Positions 1 to 6,766 of a stretch of DNA of 11,037 nt are shown piece after piece. The translations under genes and the position numbers were made by a program. The stretch is taken from the UHGV virus genome UHGV-0862315; one strand, given 5' to 3'. How positions within the stretch are numbered: the first letter of the stretch is position 1; every line of letters starts with the position of its first letter. Source of the stretch: a virus. Under the pieces are notes generated by a model. It made no database searches. It had not been told where the DNA came from and worked only from the letters and a program-made list of their open reading frames with translations.

Positions 1-58
1 GCCCCATAGCATCGAGGCAGAGCAGGCGGTGATTGGTGGATTGCTTCTGGATGATGAC
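1..58 (+). repeat. 58-bp exact direct repeat; second copy at 1177-1234 inside the 5' end of the helicase gene
   Basis: Direct comparison: bases 1-58 match 1177-1234 exactly and diverge at base 59 (g versus a at 1235). Confidence 0.85.
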
Positions 59-91
59 GTTAACTTATTAGGCGAATTCTTCGAGGCCTGA
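2..91 (+). other. 3' end of an ORF entering from upstream (frame 2); ends ...PHSIEAEQAVIGGLLLDDDVNLLGEFFEA, stop TGA 89-91
   Basis: Open frame from the window edge to TGA at 89-91. The first 19 codons duplicate the helicase N-terminal peptide, then the frame diverges. Start not visible. Confidence 0.35.
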
Positions 92-125
92 TGTAGAAAG
101 ACTGGATCAATCCACAGGAGTAATT

Positions 126-287
126 ATGACAAAACGTCGTAAGAAATACCAGGAAAAAGAAGAGATTCGACACCCTGATTCACCTGAGGGATTAGTGGTA
201 GCCGCAGCAAATAACAGGGCGTTCGCAGAGCGCCTTGTTGGTGTTTACAGACTAGCCAAAGCAGGAGTGAAACATGGGCGTCGTTAA
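126..287 (+). CDS. small basic hypothetical protein (53 aa, MTKRRKKYQEKEEIRHPDSPEGL...)
   Basis: ATG at 126 preceded by GGAG (117-120); open to TAA 285-287. Below the ORF-track size cut-off. Sits immediately upstream of the initiator gene. Function unknown. Confidence 0.4.
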   Translation: MTKRRKKYQEKEEIRHPDSPEGLVVAAANNRAFAERLVGVYRLAKAGVKHGRR

Positions 288-336
288 GTTAGCTGATTAC
301 AGGCATAACCCTGTACAACATCAGGAGGCATCCAGT

Positions 337-1164
337 ATGGGGTATGTCTCTATACACCGCCAGTTTATGGACAGCAGGCTCTATAAGGACTCTCAGGCAG
401 TACATCTTTGGCTTCACTTAATCCTCAAGGCTAATCACGAATCTACTGTCGTCAATACGGATATTGGGCCGATAACTGTTGATCGCGGTCAGATGATAAC
501 TGGACGCCCGTCGCTGGTCAGAGAAACATTCATCCCCGACAACAAAGTTCGGAGCTTATTACGGACTTTTGAGTCGAAAGGGATGCTTAATATTTGCTCG
601 ATGGGGAAGAAATTTAGCCTGTTTACAATCGTTAAATATGACGATTTTCAGGCAAAAAATTGTCCAACGGTTGTCCAACAGTTGTCCAACGCAAACACCA
701 GTAATGGTGCGGCTCTCAGCGGAGATTGTCCAACGGTTGTCCAACGGTTGTCCATAAACAATAATATAAATAATATCTCTAATACTGACGTATTAGAGAG
801 TGCCACAGCAGACAAAAAGTCTGACAAGAAAAAACCTTCCGTCAGCTGTCAGGATGTTGTCGATGCTTACCACGAAATCCTTCCTGAAGCGCCAAGAATC
901 CGCGCACTGAATGACAAGCGTAAAAACCAGATCCGAACGTTCTGGCGCAAAGCCGGAGTGATAACCCGCCAGCTTGACGGGCATGGGTTCACGATGCAGG
1001 ACTGGAGAAATTATTTGAGCTACGTAGGCGAAAATTGCCGATGGATGTTCGAAGAGCGCCCAAACCATCAGCGCGGAACCGTCTGGCACAAAAAGGGATT
1101 TGATTTCCTGCTTAACGATAATACCTACCTGAAAGTTCGTGAGGGTGAACACGATGACCGATAA
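337..1164 (+). CDS. phage replication initiator / replisome organiser (lambda O-like, P22 gene 18-like); alternative upstream start at 274
   Basis: Track ORF 274-1164. ATG 337 has AGGAGG at 323-328; ATG 274 has AGGAG at 262-266. N-terminus MGYVSIHRQFMDSRLYKD resembles the start of a replisome-organiser domain (recalled, not searched). The central linker is encoded by origin iterons (protein repeat CPTVVQQLSN). Immediately followed by, and overlapping, a DnaB-like helicase gene. Confidence 0.8.
   Translation: MGYVSIHRQFMDSRLYKDSQAVHLWLHLILKANHESTVVNTDIGPITVDRGQMITGRPSLVRETFIPDNKVRSLLRTFESKGMLNICSMGKKFSLFTIVKYDDFQAKNCPTVVQQLSNANTSNGAALSGDCPTVVQRLSINNNINNISNTDVLESATADKKSDKKKPSVSCQDVVDAYHEILPEAPRIRALNDKRKNQIRTFWRKAGVITRQLDGHGFTMQDWRNYLSYVGENCRWMFEERPNHQRGTVWHKKGFDFLLNDNTYLKVREGEHDDR
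660..758 (+). repeat. origin iterons: six copies of an 11-bp unit (core TTGTCCAAC) in two clusters of three (660-692, 726-758) separated by 33 bp
   Basis: Seen directly: ttgtccaacgg / ttgtccaacag / ttgtccaacgc, then a 33-bp spacer, then ttgtccaacgg / ttgtccaacgg / ttgtccataaa. Period 11 bp, so units stay in helical phase and in reading frame. Confidence 0.8.
755..795 (+). other. AT-rich tract flanking the iterons (candidate DNA unwinding element of the origin)
   Basis: aaacaataatataaataatatctctaatactgacgtatt is very AT-rich and lies directly 3' of the iterons, the arrangement known for lambda ori inside gene O. Confidence 0.6.
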
Positions 1165-2590
1165 TTTTTATGCGCCGCCCCATAGCATCGAGGCAGAGCA
1201 GGCGGTGATTGGTGGATTGCTTCTGGATGATGACAGCAGTGAGCGCGTCCGGAAAGTTCTGGCGATGCTGAAGCCTGATTCATTTTACAGCCGACCACAC
1301 AAAATCCTTTTCGAAGAAATAACCAGAATGCACCGGGAGCAAAAGCCAGTAGATGGGCTGACGCTTTTCGATGAACTGGAGCGCAAATCGTTAACGGCGT
1401 CTGTTGGCGGTTTTGCTTATATCGCTGAGATCGCAAAGAACACGCCAAGCGCAGCAAACATCGTTGCCTATGCAATGCAGGTTCGTGAAACCGCAATGGA
1501 ACGCTACGCCATCAACCGCATGACTGAAGCGACGGAATTGCTCTATTCCCGCAACGGAATGACTGCAACACAGAAGTACGAAGCTATTCAGTCGATTTTC
1601 ACGCAACTGACAGACCATGCAAAAACCGGATCGCGTCGCGGCCTTCGCTCATTTGGTGAGGTCATGGAAGACTGGGTTAGCGACCTTGAGAAGCGATTTG
1701 ACCCGTCAGGCGAACAACGAGGAATGAGCACAGGGATCCCATCGCTGGACAGGATGCTGTCACCGAAAGGTCTGGTGAAAGGCTCTCTGTTTGTCATTGG
1801 CGCTCGCCCTAAGATGGGGAAAACGACGCTATACAGCCAGATGGCAATCAACTGCGCAGTGCATGAGAAAAAGCCAGCTCTGATGTTCAGCCTTGAAATG
1901 CCCGGTGACCAGATACTGGAAAAACTGGTAGGACAGAAGTCAGGTGTTAACCCGAATATTTTTTACCTTCCGGCGACAAATGACGCTGATGACGGCTATC
2001 AGGGTGATTACGATGGTGACTTCAATAGGGCGATCGAAACAGCCAATCGCTTGAGTGAAATCGACCTGCTTTACATCGACGACACGCCGGGATTATCTCT
2101 GGCTCAAATCGTCAGCGAAAGCCGTCGAATCAAGCGGGAAAAAGGATGTGTTGGCATGATTCTGGTCGATTACCTGACACTAATGACCGCTGAAAAGGCC
2201 GATCGCAACGACCTTGCATACGGCATGATCACCAAAGGACTGAAGAACCTTGCCAAAGAGCTTGATTGCGTTGTTGTGCTTCTGACACAGCTTAATCGCG
2301 CATTGGAAAGCCGAACCAATAAACGCCCATTACCAAGTGACTCGCGCGATACAGGGCAGATTGAACAGGATTGCGATTATTGGGTGGGGATCCATCGTGA
2401 AGGCGCTTTTGATGACAGTGTTCCACCTGGTGAAACCGAACTAATCCTTCGCCTCAATCGTCATGGCAATACCGGCACGGTGTATTGCATTCAGGCAAAT
2501 GGCGCTATTTATGACACAGACCAACAGTCTGCTGAAATGCGCCGACGTGAACGCGAGGAACCGCAGTCCAAGAAGAAAGGAGGATTCTGA
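1154..2590 (+). CDS. DnaB-family replicative helicase (P22 gene 12-like)
   Basis: Track ORF 1139-2590. Preferred start ATG 1154 with GAGGG at 1142-1146; GTG 1139 is possible. Overlaps the initiator stop (1162-1164). Recognisable motifs: N-terminal PHSIEAEQAVIGGLLLDD, Walker A GARPKMGKT, LLTQLNR. Confidence 0.9.
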   Translation: MTDNFYAPPHSIEAEQAVIGGLLLDDDSSERVRKVLAMLKPDSFYSRPHKILFEEITRMHREQKPVDGLTLFDELERKSLTASVGGFAYIAEIAKNTPSAANIVAYAMQVRETAMERYAINRMTEATELLYSRNGMTATQKYEAIQSIFTQLTDHAKTGSRRGLRSFGEVMEDWVSDLEKRFDPSGEQRGMSTGIPSLDRMLSPKGLVKGSLFVIGARPKMGKTTLYSQMAINCAVHEKKPALMFSLEMPGDQILEKLVGQKSGVNPNIFYLPATNDADDGYQGDYDGDFNRAIETANRLSEIDLLYIDDTPGLSLAQIVSESRRIKREKGCVGMILVDYLTLMTAEKADRNDLAYGMITKGLKNLAKELDCVVVLLTQLNRALESRTNKRPLPSDSRDTGQIEQDCDYWVGIHREGAFDDSVPPGETELILRLNRHGNTGTVYCIQANGAIYDTDQQSAEMRRREREEPQSKKKGGF

Positions 2591-2618
2591 TGACCATCTA
2601 CATCACTGAGCTTGTAAC

Positions 2619-2650
2619 AGGCCTGCTGGTAATCGCAGGCCTTTTTATTT
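2619..2650 (+). terminator. intrinsic terminator between helicase and ninB (position analogous to lambda tR2)
   Basis: Stem aggcctgc (2619-2626), loop tggtaatc, stem gcaggcct (2635-2642), then ttttattt (2643-2650). Confidence 0.7.
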
Positions 2651-2666
2651 GGGGGAGAGGGAAGTC

Positions 2667-3107
2667 ATGAAAAAACTAACCTTTGAAATTCGATCTCCAG
2701 CACATCAGCAAAACGCTATTCACGCAGTACAGCAAATCCTTCCAGACCCAACCAAACCAATCGTAGTAACCATTCAGGAGCGCAACCGCAGCTTAGACCA
2801 GAATCGAAAGCTTTGGGCTTGCCTTGGTGACGTTTCTCGTCAGGTTGAATGGCATGGTCGCTGGCTGGATGCAGAAAGCTGGAAGTGTGTGTTTACCGCA
2901 GCCTTAAAGCAGCAGGACGTTGTTCCCAACCTTGCCGGGAATGGCTTTGTGGTAATAGGCCAGTCAACCAGCAGGATGCGTGTAAGCGAATTTGCGGAGC
3001 TATTAGAGCTTATACAGGCATTCGGTACAGAGCGTGGCGTTAAGTGGTCAGACGAAGCGCGACTGGCTCTCGAATGGAAAGCGCGATGGGGAGACAGGGC
3101 GGCATGA
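2667..3107 (+). CDS. ninB: NinB (recombination mediator, lambda NinB-like, 146 aa)
   Basis: ATG 2667 with a purine-rich RBS (gggggagagggaag). Sequence [28 protein letters not shown]... matches lambda NinB as I recall it, and the length matches. The track start at 2649 is a TTG upstream. Confidence 0.85.
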   Translation: MKKLTFEIRSPAHQQNAIHAVQQILPDPTKPIVVTIQERNRSLDQNRKLWACLGDVSRQVEWHGRWLDAESWKCVFTAALKQQDVVPNLAGNGFVVIGQSTSRMRVSEFAELLELIQAFGTERGVKWSDEARLALEWKARWGDRAA

Positions 3108-3286
3108 GACGACAGCGACGAAGTTTCACCGACATCATCTGCGAAAACTGCAAATACCTTCCAACGAAGCGCTCCAGAAATAAACGCAAGCCAATCCCAA
3201 AAGAATCTGACGTAAAAACCTTCAATTACACGGCTCACCTGTGGGATATCCGGTGGCTTAGAGAACGTGCGAGGAAAACAAGGTGA
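3104..3286 (+). CDS. ninE: NinE-like small protein (60 aa, [27 protein letters not shown]...)
   Basis: ATG 3104 overlaps the ninB stop (ATGA). 60 aa, basic. Recalled resemblance to lambda/DLP12 NinE; the ninD versus ninE naming is not fully certain. Confidence 0.7.
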   Translation: MRRQRRSFTDIICENCKYLPTKRSRNKRKPIPKESDVKTFNYTAHLWDIRWLRERARKTR

Positions 3287-3453
3287 TTGACCCAAATCGA
3301 AGTTACGAACAAGAAAGCGTCGAGCGGGCTTTAACGTGCGCTAACTGCGGTCAGAAACTGCATGTGCTGGAAGTTCACGTGTGCTCCGATTGCTGCGCAG
3401 AACTGATGAGCGATCCGAATAGCTCAATGTACGAGGAAGAAGACGATGAATGA
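3283..3453 (+). CDS. small CxxC...CxxC zinc-ribbon protein (56 aa), NinF-like (possibly NinD-like)
   Basis: GTG 3283 overlaps the previous stop (GTGA); open to TGA 3451-3453. Translation [56 protein letters not shown] has four Cys in a C4 pattern and an acidic tail. Below the ORF-track size cut-off. Confidence 0.6.
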   Translation: MIDPNRSYEQESVERALTCANCGQKLHVLEVHVCSDCCAELMSDPNSSMYEEEDDE

Positions 3454-4168
3454 GTTAATAAATGGCAATGCCATCAAAATGACAAGCATTGAAATCGCTG
3501 AGTTGGTGGGTAAGCGTCATGACAATGTGAAACGTACCATCGAAACGCTGGCTAAAAATGGTGTTATCCGGCTTCCTCAAATTGAGGTTTCCGAAAGAAT
3601 CAATAACTTAGGGTTCAATGTTCAGTACGAGCATTACGTCTTCGAGGGCGAACAAGGTAAGCGAGACAGTATTGTCGTTGTTGCCCAGTTGTCGCCAGAG
3701 TTCACCGCTCGCCTTGTTGACCGCTGGCGAGAGCTTGAAGAAGCTGCGGTTAATATCCCCAAAACGCTACCGGAAGCGTTGCGCCTTGCTGCCGATCTTG
3801 CTGAGCAGAAAATGCAACTGGAAAACCAGCTCGCAATTGTCGCACCTAAAGTTGAGTTTGCCGATCGCGTTGGCGAGGCCAGCGGAATTTTGATTGGAAA
3901 CTTTGCAAAGGTTGTTGGTATTGGTCAAAACAAACTGTTTGCGTGGATGCGTGATCACAAAATCCTTATTGCTTCAGGTTCCCGGCGCAATGTGCCAATG
4001 CAGGAATATATGGATCGCGGCTATTTCACAGTGAAAGAAACAGCGGTCAACACAAATCACGGAATACAGATATCGTTCACCACAAAAATCACCGGGCGCG
4101 GTCAACAGTGGCTGACCAGAAAGTTGCTCGATAACGGAATGCTGAAAGTAACAGGGGAGGCTGCTTAA
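3446..4168 (+). CDS. Rha-family phage regulatory protein with C-terminal KilA-C/antirepressor-like domain (240 aa)
   Basis: ATG 3446 with GAGGAAG RBS. N-terminal block SIEIAELVGKRHDNVKRTIETL is typical of the Rha N-domain; the C-terminal half looks KilA-C-like. Domain assignment is from memory of the families. Confidence 0.75.
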   Translation: MNELINGNAIKMTSIEIAELVGKRHDNVKRTIETLAKNGVIRLPQIEVSERINNLGFNVQYEHYVFEGEQGKRDSIVVVAQLSPEFTARLVDRWRELEEAAVNIPKTLPEALRLAADLAEQKMQLENQLAIVAPKVEFADRVGEASGILIGNFAKVVGIGQNKLFAWMRDHKILIASGSRRNVPMQEYMDRGYFTVKETAVNTNHGIQISFTTKITGRGQQWLTRKLLDNGMLKVTGEAA

Positions 4169-4458
4169 TGGCTAACCTACGCAAAGAAGCACGCGGCAGA
4201 GAATGCCTGGTACGTATTTACGGCGTATGCAATGGCAATCCTGAAACTACAGTTCTGGCACATTACCGGATGGCTGGAATTTGCGGAACGGGAATGAAGC
4301 CTGACGACCTGATCGGTGCATGGGCTTGTAGTGCGTGTCACGATGAAATCGACCGACGCACCCATAATCTCGACAACAAAGACGCCAGACTTTACCACCT
4401 CGAAGGCGTGATCAGAACGCAGGCGATACTGCTGAGGGAGGGGAAGATTAAGTCATGA
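4168..4458 (+). CDS. ybcO: YbcO-like DUF1364 protein (putative nuclease, 96 aa)
   Basis: ATG 4168 overlaps the upstream stop (TAATG) with GGAGG 8 nt upstream. Cys/His-rich (CNG...CGTG...CSACHDE). Size and position directly 5' of rusA match the DLP12 ybcO-rusA arrangement as I recall it. Confidence 0.7.
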   Translation: MANLRKEARGRECLVRIYGVCNGNPETTVLAHYRMAGICGTGMKPDDLIGAWACSACHDEIDRRTHNLDNKDARLYHLEGVIRTQAILLREGKIKS

Positions 4459-4817
4459 ACGAATATCAGTTTGTGCTTCCATACCCGCCGTCGGTGAATA
4501 CCTACTGGCGAAGACGGGGAAGCCAATATTACATAAGCGATAAAGGCCAGAAATACCGAAAAGACGTTCAGCAAATCATCCGCCAACTCAAGTTAGACAT
4601 TTTCACCAAATCACGACTCCGTATCAAAGTCATCGCAGACGTTCCAGACTCCCGCCGCCGCGACCTCGACAACATCCTGAAAGGTTTACTCGACTCCCTT
4701 ATCCACGCCGGATTTGCGGAAGACGACGAGCAATTCGATGACATTCGCGTAATTCGTGGTGTGAAAGTACCAGGCGGACGGCTTGGAATAAAAATCACCG
4801 AACTGGAGAACGCATGA
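4455..4817 (+). CDS. rusA: RusA-family Holliday junction resolvase (120 aa)
   Basis: ATG 4455 overlaps the ybcO stop (ATGA). Translation PYPPSVNTYW...PDSRRRDLDNILKGLLDSL...GGRLGIKITEL carries the conserved RusA acidic motif (recalled against E. coli RusA). Confidence 0.85.
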   Translation: MNEYQFVLPYPPSVNTYWRRRGSQYYISDKGQKYRKDVQQIIRQLKLDIFTKSRLRIKVIADVPDSRRRDLDNILKGLLDSLIHAGFAEDDEQFDDIRVIRGVKVPGGRLGIKITELENA

Positions 4818-5002
4818 ACGCCACAATTCAAACGATACCAGAGCTTCTTATCCAGACACGAGGCAATCAGACCGAAGTGGCAAGGATGCTTTCCTGCGCA
4901 AGAGGAACAGTGCTCAAGTACAACCGAGACAGCAAAGGCGAGCGTCACGTAATAGTTAACGGCGTCCTGATGGTCAAACAGGGCAAGAGGGGAAGACGAT
5001 GA
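4814..5002 (+). CDS. ninH: NinH-like small DNA-binding protein (62 aa)
   Basis: ATG 4814 overlaps the rusA stop. GNQTEVARMLSCARGTVLKY is an HTH-like segment resembling lambda NinH (recalled). Confidence 0.7.
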   Translation: MNATIQTIPELLIQTRGNQTEVARMLSCARGTVLKYNRDSKGERHVIVNGVLMVKQGKRGRR

Positions 5003-5621
5003 GACTCGAAAGCGTAGCTAAATTTCATTCGCCAAAAAGCCCGATGATGAGCGACTCACCACGGGCTACGGCTTCTGACTCTCTTTCCGGTACTGATGTG
5101 ATGGCTGCTATGGGGATGGCGCAATCACAAGCCGGATTCGGCATGGCTGCATTCTGTGGTAAGCACGAACTCAGCCAGAACGACAAACAAAAGGCTATCA
5201 ACTATCTGATGCAATTTGCACACAAGGTATCGGGGAAATACCGTGGTGTGGCAAAGCTCGAAGGAAATACTAAGGCAAAGGTACTGCAAGTGCTCGCAAC
5301 ATTCGCTTATGCGGATTATTGCCGTAGTGCCGCGACGCCGGGCGCAAGATGCAGAGATTGCCACGGTACAGGCCGTGCGGTTGATATAGCAAAAACAGAG
5401 CAGTGGGGAGAGTTGTTGAGAAAGAGTGCGGAAGATGCAAAGGCGTCGGCTATTCAAGAATGCCTGCAAGCGCCGCATATCGCGCTGTAACGATGCTAAT
5501 CCCAAACCTTACCCAACCCACCTGGTCACGCACTGTTAAGCCGCTGTATGACGCTCTGGTGGTGCAATGCCACAAAGAAGAGTCAATCGCAGACAACATT
5601 TTGAATGCGGTCACACGTTAG
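4999..5621 (+). pseudogene. Q: late antiterminator Q (lambda Q-like), split by a 1-nt frame disruption in a G4 run at 5405-5408
   Basis: Track ORFs 4999-5490 (frame 1) and 5403-5621 (frame 0) together encode one Q-like protein. Adding one G at 5405-5408 yields a continuous 207-aa product (...TEQWGRVVEKECGRCKGVGYSRM...), the length of lambda Q. Lies immediately upstream of the PR'/qut region. Confidence 0.8.
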
Positions 5622-5663
5622 CAGCATGATTGCCACGGATGGCAACATATTAACGGCATGATA

Positions 5664-5692
5664 TTGACTTTTTGAATAAACTTGGGTAAATT
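5664..5692 (+). promoter_or_regulatory. late promoter PR' (-35 TTGACT 5664-5669, 17-bp spacer, -10 TAAATT 5687-5692), with the Q-utilisation (qut) region overlapping it
   Basis: Near-consensus sigma70 hexamers with 17-bp spacing directly downstream of Q. Context matches lambda PR'/qut as I recall the lambda sequence. Confidence 0.65.
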
Positions 5693-5699
5693 TGACCCA

Positions 5700-5891
5700 A
5701 CGATGGGTTAATTCGCTCGTTGTGGTAGTGAGATAAAAAGAGGCGGCGCTTACTACCGATTCCGCCTAGTTGGTCACTTCGACGTATCGTCTGGAACTCC
5801 AACCATCGCAGGCTGAGAGGTCTGCAAAATGCAATCCCGAAACAGTTCGAAGGTAATAGTTAGAGCCTGCACAACGGTTTCGGGATTTTTT
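5700..5891 (+). ncRNA. short PR' leader transcript (lambda 6S RNA equivalent) ending at tR'
   Basis: Predicted start about 7 nt after the -10; ends at the terminator 5834-5892; no ORF with an RBS in between. Assigned by analogy to the lambda 6S transcript. Confidence 0.5.
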
Positions 5892-5892
5892 A
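5834..5892 (+). terminator. tR'-like intrinsic terminator
   Basis: atcccgaaac (5834-5843) pairs with gtttcgggat (5877-5886), followed by ttttttat. Confidence 0.6.
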
Positions 5893-6250
5893 TATCTGCA
5901 CAACAGGTAAGAGCATTAAAGAACTGGCAAAGAGCTTAACGGTCTGCGAAAGCATTTCTTAGTGGCACAACTGGCCGGTACAACTGAGTGCTCTTTCCGG
6001 TGTGGTGAATGCGCAGGCTGATGCGCGCAGGAGAGCTTCGGAAGAACAAGGTGCCTGTATACAAGCCGGAGATCAGCGCCGGCCACCACAGCCAAATCCA
6101 CCCAGAGCAAAACCGTTGTTCATCCTTACCATTCCCTCAGTATTTTGGACTACAACCCTCAGCCCATTTTTTAAAGCGTACTTCCACCAAGAACTAGACC
6201 TAACCAACTCATTGCTGACACTCTGTGGATACGGTTGTCTAGTGCGCTTT

Positions 6251-6279
6251 AAAAAAGAAACCCAGCATCAATGGCTGGG
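6251..6279 (-). terminator. candidate minus-strand intrinsic terminator
   Basis: Stem cccagc (6261-6266) / gctggg (6274-6279) with a 7-nt loop. On the minus strand it is followed by tttctttttt (complement of 6251-6260). No supported minus-strand gene lies upstream of it. Confidence 0.35.
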
Positions 6280-6423
6280 CTTCGTGATATGAGCGGCATG
6301 TATTGTTGGCGCAATCCACGCCTGATTTGCTCATGAATGCGGTCACGAACAAACCCGTTACAAATCAACCGTAACCCGGATTTGTTCAAGCGACCATATC
6401 CATAATTCCTAATTTGAACAGAT

Positions 6424-6436
6424 CCCCTTCTGGGGG
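6424..6436 (+). promoter_or_regulatory. hairpin just upstream of the S start codons (lambda sdi-like element governing the choice between the two starts)
   Basis: cccc-ttct-ggggg ends 6 nt before the S ATG, followed by tandem starts Met1-Lys2-Met3 (ATG 6443, ATG 6449). Confidence 0.45.
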
Positions 6437-6442
6437 TAAGAC

Positions 6443-6766
6443 ATGAAGATGCCAGAAAAACATGACCTGTTAGCTGCCATTCTCGCGGCAAAGGAACAAG
6501 GCATCGGGGCAATCCTTGCGTTTGCAATGGCGTACCTTCGCGGCAGATATAATGGCGGTGCGTTTACAAAAACAGTAATCGACGCAACGATGTGCGCCAT
6601 TATCGCCTGGTTCATTCGTGACCTTCTCGACTTCGCCGGACTAAGTAGCAATCTCGCTTATATAACGAGCGTGTTCATCGGCTATATCGGCACTGACTCG
6701 ATTGGTTCGCTTATCAAACGCTTCGCTGCTAAAAAAGCCGGAGTAGAAGATGGTGGAAATCAATAA
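6443..6766 (+). CDS. S: class I holin / antiholin S (107 aa, dual-start motif MKM)
   Basis: [41 protein letters not shown]... has hydrophobic transmembrane segments and a charged C-terminus; close match to lambda S (recalled). Confidence 0.9.
   Translation: MKMPEKHDLLAAILAAKEQGIGAILAFAMAYLRGRYNGGAFTKTVIDATMCAIIAWFIRDLLDFAGLSSNLAYITSVFIGYIGTDSIGSLIKRFAAKKAGVEDGGNQ

Noticed and set aside
59-91. HpaI/EcoRI/StuI site cluster as evidence of an engineered cloning junction
   Set aside because: Three 6-bp sites in 33 bp is unusual but not compelling on its own, and the segment is in-frame coding sequence ending at a natural stop. Noted under the first finding as something to exclude.
559-757. Track ORFs 559-744 (minus) and 569-757 (plus) with repetitive IVQRLSN translations
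   Set aside because: Both are alternative-frame readings of the origin iterons inside the initiator gene; no RBS and no independent support.
660-758. Iteron repeats as a possible CRISPR array
   Set aside because: Units are 11 bp, contiguous without unique spacers, and lie inside a coding region next to an AT-rich tract, which is an origin rather than a CRISPR array.
793-1851. Minus-strand ORFs 793-1152, 1125-1496, 1391-1618 and 1588-1851
   Set aside because: They lie wholly inside well-supported plus-strand replication genes; Cys/Arg-rich low-complexity translations without RBSs are typical antisense shadows.
2840-3295. Minus-strand ORF 2840-3295 (151 aa) and plus-strand ORF 2849-3043
   Set aside because: They overlap ninB and ninE, which are clearly identified in another frame; no start context.
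4177-5505. Minus-strand ORFs 4177-4398, 4392-4586, 4568-4948 and 5125-5505
   Set aside because: Antisense to the translationally coupled ybcO-rusA-ninH-Q block; no RBS and no terminators on that strand.
6002-6292. Plus-strand ORFs 6002-6292 and 6009-6197, and minus-strand ORF 5916-6110, in the tR'-S spacer
   Set aside because: No Shine-Dalgarno sequences; Pro/Arg/Gln-rich low-complexity products; the open frames run through inverted repeats. More consistent with non-coding DNA.
5900-6440. Possible tRNA gene in the Q-to-S interval, as seen in some Stx-type lambdoid phages
   Set aside because: I found no segment with a 7-bp acceptor stem plus a T-loop-like GGTTCGAATCC motif and cloverleaf spacing; the inverted repeats present do not fit a tRNA.
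6249-6651. Minus-strand ORFs 6249-6527 and 6409-6651 overlapping the S gene
   Set aside because: Antisense to the holin gene, whose identity is strong; no start signals.
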